The notes beneath the pieces were generated by a model, which was given only the letters and a program-made list of their open reading frames with translations, did no database searches and had not been told where the DNA came from. The position numbers and the translations under genes are program-made. Shown in pieces: positions 24,939 to 36,780 of a DNA stretch of 64,000 nucleotides. The DNA is taken from NCBI GenBank assembly GCA_013265495.1, contig MU058540.1, positions 705,696-769,695 on the forward strand, in the 5' to 3' direction. The stretch's first letter is position 1. Every line of letters begins with the position of its first letter. Origin of the DNA: Vicugna vicugna. Its lineage: Eukaryota.

Positions 24939-26337
24939 ACCTCAAGATTGTCTGGCGTGTTAAAGGCGTTTGATATGTAATAACAGCCAAAACATCACAC
25001 ACATCAGCTTTAAAAAATCTCACAACCCTATAAGGTTGGTGTGGCTATTATCCCATTTTACAGGTGGGAAAATTGGGGTGAAGCCCAACGTAGTGCAGTT
25101 ACTAAAACGTCAGGGCCAGGATTCAAACTTAGGAGTCTAGCTTCAGAATCCACTGTGCTTTTTTGCCTCTCAATGTTTGATGAGTGAGCACATGACTGTT
25201 TACAGCTGGAGAAGGCCCACAACAGGCCAGGTACAAATTCTCCAAACCTGTGGCTCTCTCCCTAAGCCATCTCCCTGGAGAGGTGTCTGAGTGTGACTCC
25301 AGTCCCGCTGACCAACTGAAACACACACAGGTTGTTCTTGTGTGTCCTGAGGTTTGGAGAGGCCAGATCTGGACCCGGGAAGGCCTGCAGCTGGGGGGCC
25401 AAGCCTGTCCACCAAGCCCAGGAAACGCAAAGCTGTTCCAGCCCCTGTCCATGCCAGGGCTCTGCTGGGTCGGTCTGGGCTCTGGTCCAGAGACACCTTC
25501 AAGACATTCTGTCTGAGAAATGATTAGGAGCCTGGGAACTGGAGACAGGCCTGCAGTGAGAGATGAGAAGGGAAGTGCTAGAAACAGTAAATAACCCGGG
25601 ATCAATTTTCTGGGCGTAAATAGCATTATCCTGAATTGCTCCTGTGACTCAGTACTTCTGATCCAAGCAATCTGCAGTGTTACGGTATGGTATCTGCAGT
25701 CTGGTGTGGAAGGAAGGCAAATCAGGTTCATAATGGGCCACTTGTAATGCAGAGGGTGATGTTAGACTAAAGGGGGAGGGGCTCAAGATCTGCTATGGGG
25801 TCATAAACAGGGTTAGCGGCACAAGCCAAGGATGAAGGGGTCTCCTCTTCATGCCACCCCTTGGCTGCAGATCCTTAGGAACCAGCTCAGCAGGAACACG
25901 TCTTCTCTCCCTCCGCTGTTCGGTGCCTTGGCCTTGATGTGTATTTTCCACTGTCACATTTAGTGCTTCAGGAGTGGAGAGGTAGCCAGATAACAAGCCT
26001 GATAAAGACTACTTTGTTTTTATCATGTACACCGTCTCTCCCTCTAAATGCTCAATTAGTAGCTGTTTCTCCTGCTAGAAAATAAAAGGAAGGCGTCATC
26101 TGATTTTCTTTTTTCCAAATGGGAATTGCCCCGGATGTGCAGCGGCTGAGGCAGAAGGGAGGCATAAAAACCTAACCCAAGTCAGGGAAAGGAAGTTCAC
26201 AAAACCCAGAGGAAATGACTCAAACCACATGTGGGCACTTGATTGTCTCCTTCCCCCATGTTGAGCAGCGGTATTATTAGCAGTTTAGCTCTCCTCTCCT
26301 CGTGACCTTGAAAATATTGTTTGCTGGGTACTGCCAT

Positions 26338-26466
26338 AACATCTTCATTAATGGCCTGGAACAGGGAGGCAACGGCATGTTAATTAAATTTGCAGATGAT
26401 ACTAAATTGGGAGATGTAGCAAACATCAGGGTGGACAGAGACCTAATGCAGGAAGACGTTGGAGGT
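26338..26466 (+). mobile_element. CR1/L3 LINE reverse-transcriptase fragment
   Basis: Open frame NIFINGLEQGGNGMLIKFADDTKLGDVANIRVDRDLMQEDVGG contains the CR1 RT motifs NIFIN.L and KFADDTKLG. Confidence 0.85.
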
Positions 26467-29400
26467 TAGAACTATGAGCTGGAAATGGGCAGGTGAGCTG
26501 CTGGACATATGTCATCAGTGCCCCAAGGACACGGGGTGGAAGATGTAGGTGGCAGGGAGGGACCAGCAGAGAAGGAAAGCTGCAACTGGGGGCCCCTGGG
26601 GGAGGTATGGCAGCTCAAACACTGCCCCATTTTCCCTCAAAGAGGCAGAGGATGGTGGCTAGGGGATGACAGAGTTCAGATGAGCAGAAATAGTCCAGGT
26701 ATTGCTGGGAGTGCCAAAGCTTATGGCATAAAAATGAAAAATGAGAAGTTTCAAAAGGTCAGTTTGTCCAGAATGCTGGTAAGAATTAAATATGCACTGC
26801 TCCCCTTATGTCAATGCCAAAGAGAGGCAAAGAACTGGGCTTCTCAAGTGCAGGAGCCATGGGGGAGGGGTTGGGATAGCTGTGTCTCCTTTCGGTTCAA
26901 AGTCCTTGATGTCCCTCACAGAGCTAGAGGTGTCTCATGAGCAAAAATCCTAGCTGATGGTGATGGCATTTAAAACTAGGGCAAAGCACCAAGAGATGTA
27001 TCTTAGGCAACAACTGTGCCCTGGCCCAGGGGACACAGGCTTTGGTGACCTGTGGGTTTTTATTCTTTTCCTTCCATGGCTCAGGGTCCTTTTTCAGAAC
27101 TCACAAATGATTCTTTGAGAAATGCTACACAGCAGACACCAGTGTATCCCAAGAACCCCTGGTAGAGAAACAGTGCCAGTGGAGAGGAAAATACAAACAT
27201 GCAGAGGGTCCACCCAGAATTAACTTCCAATTCACTGAGCTTCTTGTTTGTGTTGTATCTGCTACTTGAATGAACATTCCTCCATCTCTGGCTTCCTGTG
27301 GAGCCCATTTCATGCGCGTTGACTACACAGACCCAAAACAATCTGATAAAATGCTATCCTATTTGGTTCAGCCTCATAGACTATTGACAGTGTGCACACA
27401 GTTTGGGGACTTGGCTGAGTTTAACAATAGCGTTCCTGCCGACTTCCTGGTCAATATATCCCCGGGTGGTTAATGTATTCCTAGAAACGTCCCAGTCACC
27501 AACTTGCTTCTGGGTTCCCTTTCTATTTATGGGGCTTTATCATGAAAGTGACTGCTGCTATAAAACTTCAAGAAGAGGTCACATAACTTTTCTTCCAGGG
27601 ACAGGATGCGGGTGCTAAGAGCTGGGTCTGCGACCTGGACTTTGGTGGGATCTGTTCCTTCTGTGAATTGAGCTGAGGACACCGAGTCTCCTTTTAGTTG
27701 ACTTTTAATTATATGTACTTATATTTTTATGAAGATGATAGATGTGCGTGAAGACAAAGCAGATGGCTTTGCAAGTAATGAATTAACTTTAAGGAATGGC
27801 TGGCCTCTCACATGCCAAAGTGTCTCCATTCTCTTCAACTCCTTTAGGGAAGGTAGCTCCCAGCTCCCTGATCCCAGGGCATAAGGTGTTAGAACAAGGA
27901 GGCAGGGACAGCTGACACATTTTCATAAATGATTAAGGAAGTCTGTGGTTGAGAAAAGTTTGTGCTTTTATGTTTAAGAAGGAGAGAAGTCTTGGTAGAG
28001 GTTTTATGCCATGTAGATGGGAGCCAGAGTCATTTCAAACGTCAGCCTAATCCAGGATAGATTCAGGTAAAAGGAGATAGCTGTCCAAACTTTTTCTCCT
28101 CCATTGCATCAGTGAACCTCAGTCACTGACTTCCCCACATCTGCTGGGCTGATGCTTTTTGATTTAGGGGACTGCCAACGGCTGTTAATGGGAGCAGCAG
28201 GCCACATGCAGCTTCTGCCATTGACAGCTGTGGCAGTCACACAAACCACCTCCTTTATACAAGCCCAGTCTGGAGGCAAACAGAAGGGAAAAGGGGGGGA
28301 TCCTGTTCCCTCTGTGGTCCAGGCTGGGGTTGGGTGGCTGGGTGGGGCCTGGCCAACTGTAGAGGGCAATGGAGGAGGGCGACTACACCTAACAATTCAG
28401 GGGGCATTGTTTGCTGCTAAACAGCTGGTGGTTAGGAGCCATTCACAGCTCCAGTCCCTTCCTGGATGTCTGGCTAAGCAGAGAGAGACCTGGTCTGCCA
28501 CAACAATGAGCATGGTCCTCAGGGCCTAAACCCTTGCAGTCTACTGTGTATTGTGGATAGCAAGGTAAGACAGAGGCATGATCTTGTGTTCATACCATAA
28601 GATTCAGGACAGGCACAAGATGAATTTGGAGAGAGCGGTTTAGATAATTGCAAAAATAAGAAAGAGCTGCCCAGAGCAGCCCTAAAGATGAGGCATTAGA
28701 GCACACCCTCACCACCCTGGCAGCACTCATCCCTCTTTTTCCTTTCCCACTTCTTAGAAAACTCTTTATCTTGAAAGAACAACCAAGTTCTTAGAAAACT
28801 GCAGCCCAAAACACTGCAGGACTTTGAGGGAACACCCCTAGGTCTCAGGCAAGACCCAATCACAGAGGTAATTCATTTAATCGTTATTCACCAAGGGCCT
28901 GTCTCATGAATGTTTGACGGTCAGAACTGAACTCTACCCCAAAGAGAAGCTATCCTCAGAGAAGACTTGCAGTTGTTCTTTGTAGGAAGGAAAGAAGAAA
29001 GACAGAATTTATTTAAAATAGACATGAGTAAGCTCCCAAGGGACAGAAGGCATAAACTGCAAGAACAGCTCCCATCAAACTTGAATCCTCCCGGTTTAGG
29101 ATTTTACTAAGCAGGATAGGAAATGAAAGGGAACCAAGTATCCCCACTCACTTCCAAGTCACATCAAGGCAGTCAGCTTGTGACAGGAAGATTACCTGCA
29201 GGAGGGCTTTATTTGATGTGAAAGGGTTAACGTCATCTTTGTAGATTAGAAATTCTCTGGGTCTCTTAGGAGTGAAAAGCAAATTCAGAGCTTTTATGTG
29301 AAGGGATGTGCATGAGCCCTTTTAAGATACTGAAAACAAAAGGGGGCAAATGGCCAGACTTGCTTTGTGTTTTAACACATAGACTCATGAGGATTGTGGT

Positions 29401-31050
29401 TTTTATTATTCTCAATTTAGGGATGGACTTGTTGGGTTGTGGGAGGTAATGAGGGGCAAGTGCTGAATACCACTGGTCTCTTCCTTAAGGCCAGAGTATC
29501 AAGGAGGGCTTCCAGAGCAGGGTGGGGTGAGCAGATTTTGGCTACTTGGTGGGAAGGTGTGGGAGGCTCAGAAATCTTCATTCCCATGCAACCATTCTCT
29601 CCCATTCGGATTATTTCTCTTCCCTCATTGCCACATTCTTCTGCCCTTAGCACCTCCCTACATGCCACCTTCACCCTCCCCAGAGACTGAGGACACATTT
29701 CAGGCCAGCCGTGTTATTGGATTTTAAATGATGCTATGGCTTTTTAATTCTTGCTTTAATTGCCTTTCCATGCAGGGCACTGAATGGTTGATTACCAGGC
29801 ATCTGGGCCTGGCAGTGACACTCCTTATCCGATATTCCTTCAAGCTACAGTGAAAAGGACATGCTCTCAGGGACTCAAGAATGGGGTTTTCTTAAGCCTT
29901 GCTCCTGTCCCCATCCTCCAACCTGCAGGAACCTGGAGGCAGCTCAGAGACTAGAGCGCTGTCCGTGGTGCTGACAGTCCAGGTCGCCCCAGTTAACCAG
30001 GCTCCCTGGCCACCCCAGGGGACGCCTTTGAGCAGCTATGGAACTTGGAGGGCTGAATAATTTAAACAAATGGACTTGGACATATATTCCTTTCCCCATA
30101 AGAGCAGAAAAACATTCCCTGCTGCGTCTCTGGAATGATTAACCTTCATTCAAAGGTACTCAGCCACAAAGTGGGGTTGGGTGGCCCTGCTGGGAGCTGG
30201 GAGAACAAGAGATTTAGAAGGATGGGAAGAGGAGTGTGGGCAGGCTCTGCTGCAACCTTCCTCTGTGGTTGGGGCCCACTATTAGCTCTCAAAGGAGAGG
30301 AGCCCCATTTAAGAGCCAGCCTGGCAGCCTTACCAGCCCTCCTTCCCTCAGTCTCTGGCCTTGTCAGGACCACATGGGAGGTCCAATTTGTCCCCTCATC
30401 ATTTTCCTTCAATGCTCATGACAATGGGCTCATCACTGTGCCAAGGAGAAGGCCCCACTTTGTCTTAACTGGCTCACAATTGCTTAGTGAGGCCAGGCTC
30501 TCACAGCCCCACATGGGCAGATGCTGCGTGGGGACGAGACAGCTCATTAGAGAATTAAACATTCTGGGTGTGGTGGAAAGCAGGCCTTTCCCTCCAACTC
30601 ACAAGCTGCCGCCCAGAGGTCCTGCATCCAGCTCAGGTTCCAGTGAGGGGTACTATTCCATCTCACTGGCTGCGCCTCTGGGTTTCTGCTCTCTTCTCCA
30701 AGTGTTCTTTCTTCCCTCCCTTACACCCCGTCTCACAGCCTAGCATTGAGTAGCTACATCAAATGGGTCCCTCTCTATAGATGTTACACACCTTTTTCTC
30801 CTTTTCTTTCCTCTGAGAACTTAATCCACTTGGAATACTCCTGTATCCAGTATATCCATGGTCATAGCCAATGACCAGGGGGCTGAGTGTCCATTCCTCT
30901 GGAAACAGGAATGCAGTCCACCTTCTTGAACTCTTTCTAAGACAAAGGAGGGCAGGAGGGCCTCTTCTCAACCAGGGGGGTCCTGATAGGGGTGATTTCT
31001 AGAGAGCCAAAGAGGCGACAATCTCTTGCTGAATCCACCTCAGCACCACC

Positions 31051-31936
31051 TGTGTTATTTTTTTCCCAATACCACTGAACAGTTCTGTGACACTAGCTGG
31101 GTGCCTACAATTTAACTCAATTCTGATGCTATTCACCTGGAGAAAGCATCCGATCCCACAGGTTAACAACTCAGTCCCACAAGACTGCCCTCACTTCATA
31201 TGCCAATCACAAGTCCAGGTTGTCATCTGTGCTTCTGACTGGCTAGCTGTGAATAGGTTTCCAGGATCCCCTCCTCGGATGCAATCAATTTGCTAGAGCG
31301 GCTCACAGAACTCAGGGAAACACTCATTTACATTTACCAGTCTATTAAAGGATATGATAATGGCCAGATGAACAGCCAGATGAAGAGATACAAGGTGAGA
31401 TCTGGGAGGGTCCTGAGTACAGGAGTATCTGTCTCCGTGGAACTTGGGTGCACCACACTCTTGGTGTGTGAATGCATTCACCAACCCAGAAACTCTCTGA
31501 ACCATGTCCTTTTGATCTTTTTTAATGAAGGCTCCATTACATAGGCCTGACTGACTAAATCACTGGCTACTGGCAATTGAAATCAATCTCCAGCCCCTCT
31601 CTCCTCCTTAGAGGGGAGGTAGGGAGGGGCTGAAAGTTCCAACCATCTAATCACATGGTTGGTTCCCCTGGCAACCAGCCCCCATACTCAAGGGTTTCCC
31701 AAAAGTCACCTTATTAACATAAACTCAGGTTGGTTGAAAGTGGCTTGTTATGAATAACAAGACACTCCTTTCACCTTTCTGGCTCTGGAGCTGTTTAGAA
31801 AGAGGACAAAAGACCAAATATTATAACAAACAATGCTCTCAATGCTCTTATCAAGGGTTTTAGATCTGTTCCAGAAATGGGGGTGGTGGGGGTTGGGGGA
31901 CCAAATATGTATTTCTTACTATAAATCACATTATCA
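31051..31936 (-). mobile_element. Solo ERVL-class LTR, MER21-like
   Basis: ctcagtcccacaagactgccc, ggctcacagaactcagggaaacac, ggttcccctggcaaccagcccc, and a terminus whose reverse complement reads tgataatgtgatttatagtaagaaatacatatttggtc. Confidence 0.7.
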
Positions 31937-33435
31937 TTAGGGAGTGCTCTCCTAACTGATGAATGGGGTGTGGGACTTAAATACAATTTGGTGTTGGGGA
32001 GGGGCAGGAGTAGAAAAGCTCCCCTCAATCCATTCTGCCTGAGCTGGGTGGCTCGGTGAGGGCCCAAAGCCCAGAGGGGAGCCACAGGGGAGGGAACTCA
32101 GGAAACTGCAGAATGGGGGTGCTGACGTCAAGCCTCACAGCCTGCACTGCCTACGTCCCCCACATCACCACACTGTCACTGTCAGTGCGGATGTGACAGG
32201 CTCCAACCGGCAGTCCCACTTTCATCTCCGGCATTTCAATTCGCTGATTTAACATTTCCCCGGAACGCAGGGCTGGGTTTTTCCCCTCATATGATTTCCT
32301 AGGGTTTGTCTCTTCATTGTTTTTCTTCTTAAAAGAATAAAGCCAAAGACAAGCACCTGTCTTTTATGCTCTTGGCTGAAATTTTGCAGCTGTTGGTGGT
32401 GAAGAGGTTGGGAGAGGCAGAAGAAGGCGCAACTGGGGAGAAGGGACATGAAGGGACTGAATTCCGGTGCCCACTGGGGATGGTCCTACCTCTAGGAGAA
32501 GACGCTGGGCCTGGAGGAGGGTGCAGCTGGCACCCAAGGGTGTTCTCTTCTTGGAGAGGAAGGCCCTAAGCAGCCCTGACAATACCCTCGGCTCGGAAAG
32601 AGGCTGGATTAGGGTGACTCACCATAGCTGACTAGAACATGACCTGGGCACCTAGGGAACATAGGATTAGCTCCCTCACACCAATCTAGCACAGAAAGTG
32701 GTGAAGGGAGGTGCAAGAGGACTTTGGGGCAGCTGAGGTCATGGGGCATCTCTCCGAGGGGAAGCTCTGAAAGAGATTGTAGAGGCAGGAAAGAACTTGA
32801 CTGTGTTCTACAAACTGACAGGTCAGCATAATGTGGAGTGAACCCCAGCGGGGAGGTGGTGAGGAGTGAATGAGCTGAGGATGAAGAGGAAGCACGAGCT
32901 GGATCATGCAGTGCCTGAAGACCACCTGTGAATATTGAATCTGCTTTGGCTGCCCAGCATCCACCTTCCCTCTCTTTCGGACAGAGAGAGGGAAGCCAGA
33001 GGGCCAGTTTCTATCATGACTAGGATACAGCACTTGAGCAGTTTGGCAAACTGCTCCTGCCTTAGACTTTGAGTCTCAAGTAGCTAAAGATGGGAAGAAA
33101 GCAAGGCTCCCATTGGGTGGTTATGGGAGATGTGGAGCCTAGCAGCCTTGGGCATGTTCTGTCCCGGCTGTTCCTGCCAAAAGATGTGTCTTGCCTGTTT
33201 TCCAAACATAGAGTCTCCTGCCATCAATTCTGAGGGCCCAGGTATCTTCCAGCAGAGCCTTTTTTCTTAAGCTAGCCAGAAACAGGTGATGTTACATATG
33301 AATAAATACATCCTGATTGAGCCTGGACAGGAGTCTGGATTCAAATGGGATGCCATTGAGAGGTTTTAGGCAGGGGGGAACAGGATGTGACTTTTGCTTT
33401 TTTTTTTTTTTTTTTTTGGGTTTGGTTTTTAAAAG

Positions 33436-33517
33436 NNNNNNNNNNNNNNNNNNNNNNNNNNNNNNNNNNNNNNNNNNNNNNNNNNNNNNNNNNNNNNNNN
33501 NNNNNNNNNNNNNNNNN
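33436..33517. other. Assembly gap (82 N) flanked by poly-T runs
   Basis: Run of N in the sequence. Confidence 0.99.
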
Positions 33518-36500
33518 TTTTTTTTTTTTGAGTTTTGCTTTTAAAAGACCATTTGGAGTGCTGTGTGAAGAGTAGATTGTGGTGGGGAGGCAAGAAAAGA
33601 AGAATGGACACCAGTTGGGAGGCTTCAGGCCAAGTGAGAGGTGATGGTGGCAATGGAAACCAAGGATTCAAGATACACACTTGCAAATGGATTATGGTAA
33701 CAGACTTGATATATGAAAAAAAAGAATCAAGGATAGTGTTTAGTTTTCTGACTTGAGTTCTGTGTGGACAGTGGTGGTACTTAGAGCTGCAGAAGGCTGA
33801 GGAAGGAAGAGAAAAGTGTTGGGAGAGGTGGAATTAATAGTTTCATTTTGAACATTTTAAGTATAAGCTGCACGTCAGTGAGGGCCCAAGCAGGAAAAGA
33901 GAACTTTTGCCAGGTAGTTTCAGTAGAGGGAATAATATATGCAGAACCAGTTACAGAGGTGCTGGGAGAGTTAAAATAGGAGATGGGGAATCAACCTCGA
34001 GATGGCTGATGGCACAAATGTGTCCCATCCTAGAATAGAGGTACAAGGCAAAGAAGTGATAGTACCAGCCCAGGATCTGGAGCTGCCGGTGGGAACTGAG
34101 ATGTGGGGAAGGGGCTGACCAAAGGGCCTTCCAGGCTGGAACTGGAACTGTGAAGGGGACAAACTGGGGAAGGTGAGGCCATAGCAGAGAAGTGGCAACT
34201 GCCAGATAAGCAGCCACAGGCAGAGACCACAATCAGAGAGAGGGAAGAAATACCCTGGCTTCTCCTCATATCCCTCCCACCAGTCGCCAGCCAGAGGCTT
34301 CCACTGGCCGAACCTGACAGGAAGTCAGCAGGCAAGGAGCCTGGGAAATGTAGTTTTCTGGGGCAGCCACTGTGATACAGAGCAAAGCAGGGGAGGGCAG
34401 GCAAAGTAGGCAGGGATCAGCACAGGTATCTACAGGAAATCAGAGGGGCAGTTTAACTAGTCTCCCGCCAGGAATATTTGTATTTTTAACATACCCCTTT
34501 CAAAGGGGTAAATCTCTAATGAGAGGATTCAGACATGGGGGATAAGTGAGTAGGGGGCCATGGGGTCACAAGGGTCTCTCCTAGTTTCCCTGCCAAGAGA
34601 CTGGATGTGACCTTCTATTCCATCTTGGACAAATCCACCTTGGAAGTCAGAACCGGCCTTGTCACATTTTAAGAAAGCCACCCCACACCCCTGCAACCCC
34701 CAGCTTCCATCTCCAATATTCTTCTGCCTTTTAGTACAGGGAAATGTGGACAGTAGACTCGTCAGGAACCTGCCTCCAGGATAAAGAGGAGGAGAAATGT
34801 GATTAGGAGGACCGTGAAGTGGTGAATGACAGCAGCTGCTTAATATGGAAAAAGGGATCCTAATTATTGCTTGGACAAGCAGGGAAGTAAAAAGTCAATC
34901 AAGCTGAGGTAGAAGGCAGACACACATGTCAAAGCAGGCTGCCCCCGAGCTAAGAACCCTGGATCTCTTCTCAAGGTAAAGGAGCCTCTGACTGAGAGGC
35001 AAGGAGATAGGGACCAAGGGAAACTTGGCCACTCACTTGGCCCAGAAGGGGAACTGATTCCAATAAGGAACGGGGAAGGCCGAGGCAGGAGAGCTGCTTT
35101 CTTATTTCAGCCGAGAGAGCAGCGGCTTTGGGGAACCTTGTAGTATAATTAGATGCCTTCCGCTCCTATGGGGAATCTAAAGGGACTGGGCTTCCTTCAA
35201 TGCCCACACAACGATACTCTGAGCCCCCTCCCCCATGTGCAGAAGCCCAGTCTTTCTTGGATTCCTCTCCAAAGTAGTTCTGGGATCCCCAAGAAATTCT
35301 TGCATATTCCCCAAATCCATGCATCCGGCAGCAGTGGCTGAAGCTCTGGAGGGAGGGTTTAGAGGACCCCCAGGCCAGATGAGTGGTTGCTAGAATGGGG
35401 GGTAGGGAGGCACGGGGCTGAGGTTCCTGAGGTCCCAACACTGTTGGCCTCTTGACCCCCAATTCCAGGCCCAGCCTCCTCTCCCGGGCCTCGAGGAGCC
35501 TGCAGCTAGAGCTGAAGGGGTTTCTGGGTGGCCTTGCATCAGGTCTGCAGAGCTTCCCAGGCTCTGAGTCAGCATTTCTGGGCTGGTCCTCCGTGTCCCA
35601 CAGGCTGGGAGATTCACCACACTGAGGGTGTGCCAGCTCTGATCACCTCCTCAGGGGAAAGAGGCCTGGATCTGAGGTCCTGCAGGGTCACTAACTGAAA
35701 GTTTTACCTGAGGCCAACTGCTGCTCTCCCTGGGCTCATTTCTTTAGCTGTAGAGAGGCCACACTCCTTCCCAAAGCTGCTCTCAGAGACCCCAGGCCTG
35801 AGGGGCAAAGGTGGAGGGGAAGTCAGAGCTCCTTCAGAGGTGCAGGGCTGCACTGGGGCTCCTCTCCTGCGAAGGCTGGAGAGGGAGAGATGGGCTTGAA
35901 GTATCTGCCTGGTTCTGTGCTCCTGCCATGGCTTCTGCCCTTTCTTTTGCATTCTAAATCCAACTCTCTCCTTTAAGAAGCCCTCCGTGATAGCACCAGC
36001 CCTTTCTGCCTTCCTTTTCAATAAACATCATGCTGAGTGCCCAGTCCCGTGCTGGGACCAGGAGGGTGGGGGATATTAGGGCCAAGCCTTTAATATTTTG
36101 CAAAGGAACACTCTGGAGGTTCCCCCCATCAAGTGCCCCCCAGATTGGATCACATGCCTGGATGTGGGTGAATCAGCTGTGAGGAAATATGGTGGGGGGT
36201 GGGGTGGGGGTGTCACAGACATAGACATGGTGCCACTGCAGCCCTGTGTCCAGGCTGGAACCTCAGAGCATATCTGCTCTTCCTCTCTCTCCCTTCCTGA
36301 GGCCAGGCATCAACAAGGCCCGTTTTCCATGCCAGCGCCCCCACTGTCCCCCAGCCCAGGACCCATCACCTCCTCTGGTCTCCAGCCTCTCTTTTCTGCC
36401 TCTTCCCATCCAATCCACCGGCACAGCCTCCAAGATGTCCCTCTGAAACAGCTGAGGGTCTCACCTTTCTACTTCAGAACTTGGAGGGCTCTCTGTAAGG

Positions 36501-36780
36501 TGTGAATGAAAATACTGCAACCATATCACTAAACAAAGAATGCTGAAACCAAGTCATAAGCGGCTGCCACCATCCCCCAGTGAGGACAGGCCTGCAGCCC
36601 AGCCTCTGCAGCCACTCACAATGGTGCCCTCTGAGGGGACTCAGAATAAGAAAGGACAGGACACTGGCCCTAGATAGCTAGATGCTTGTCAAAGGAATGA
36701 ATTCAATGAGCCCAAACGTTTGCTTCCTCCCATACATAGAAAAGCACTAAATTCTTTAACTTGAGATGTCTGCTTTCTCT
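36501..36780 (+). mobile_element. ERV LTR fragment, probably of a cetartiodactyl family
   Basis: TG start; aaacaaagaatgctg...ggccctagatagcta...catacatagaaaagcactaaattctttaacttgaga resembles LTRs I recall from artiodactyl genomes. Confidence 0.5.

Noticed and set aside
27125..27313. GGMFIQVADTT, a faint resemblance to the CR1 MLIKFADDT motif on the minus strand
   Set aside because: Too short and degenerate to call without an alignment.
25129..30743. ORFs of about 200 aa at 25129-25731 and 30135-30743
   Set aside because: No protein family resemblance or convincing exon structure; the first overlaps MIR-like sequence at its end.
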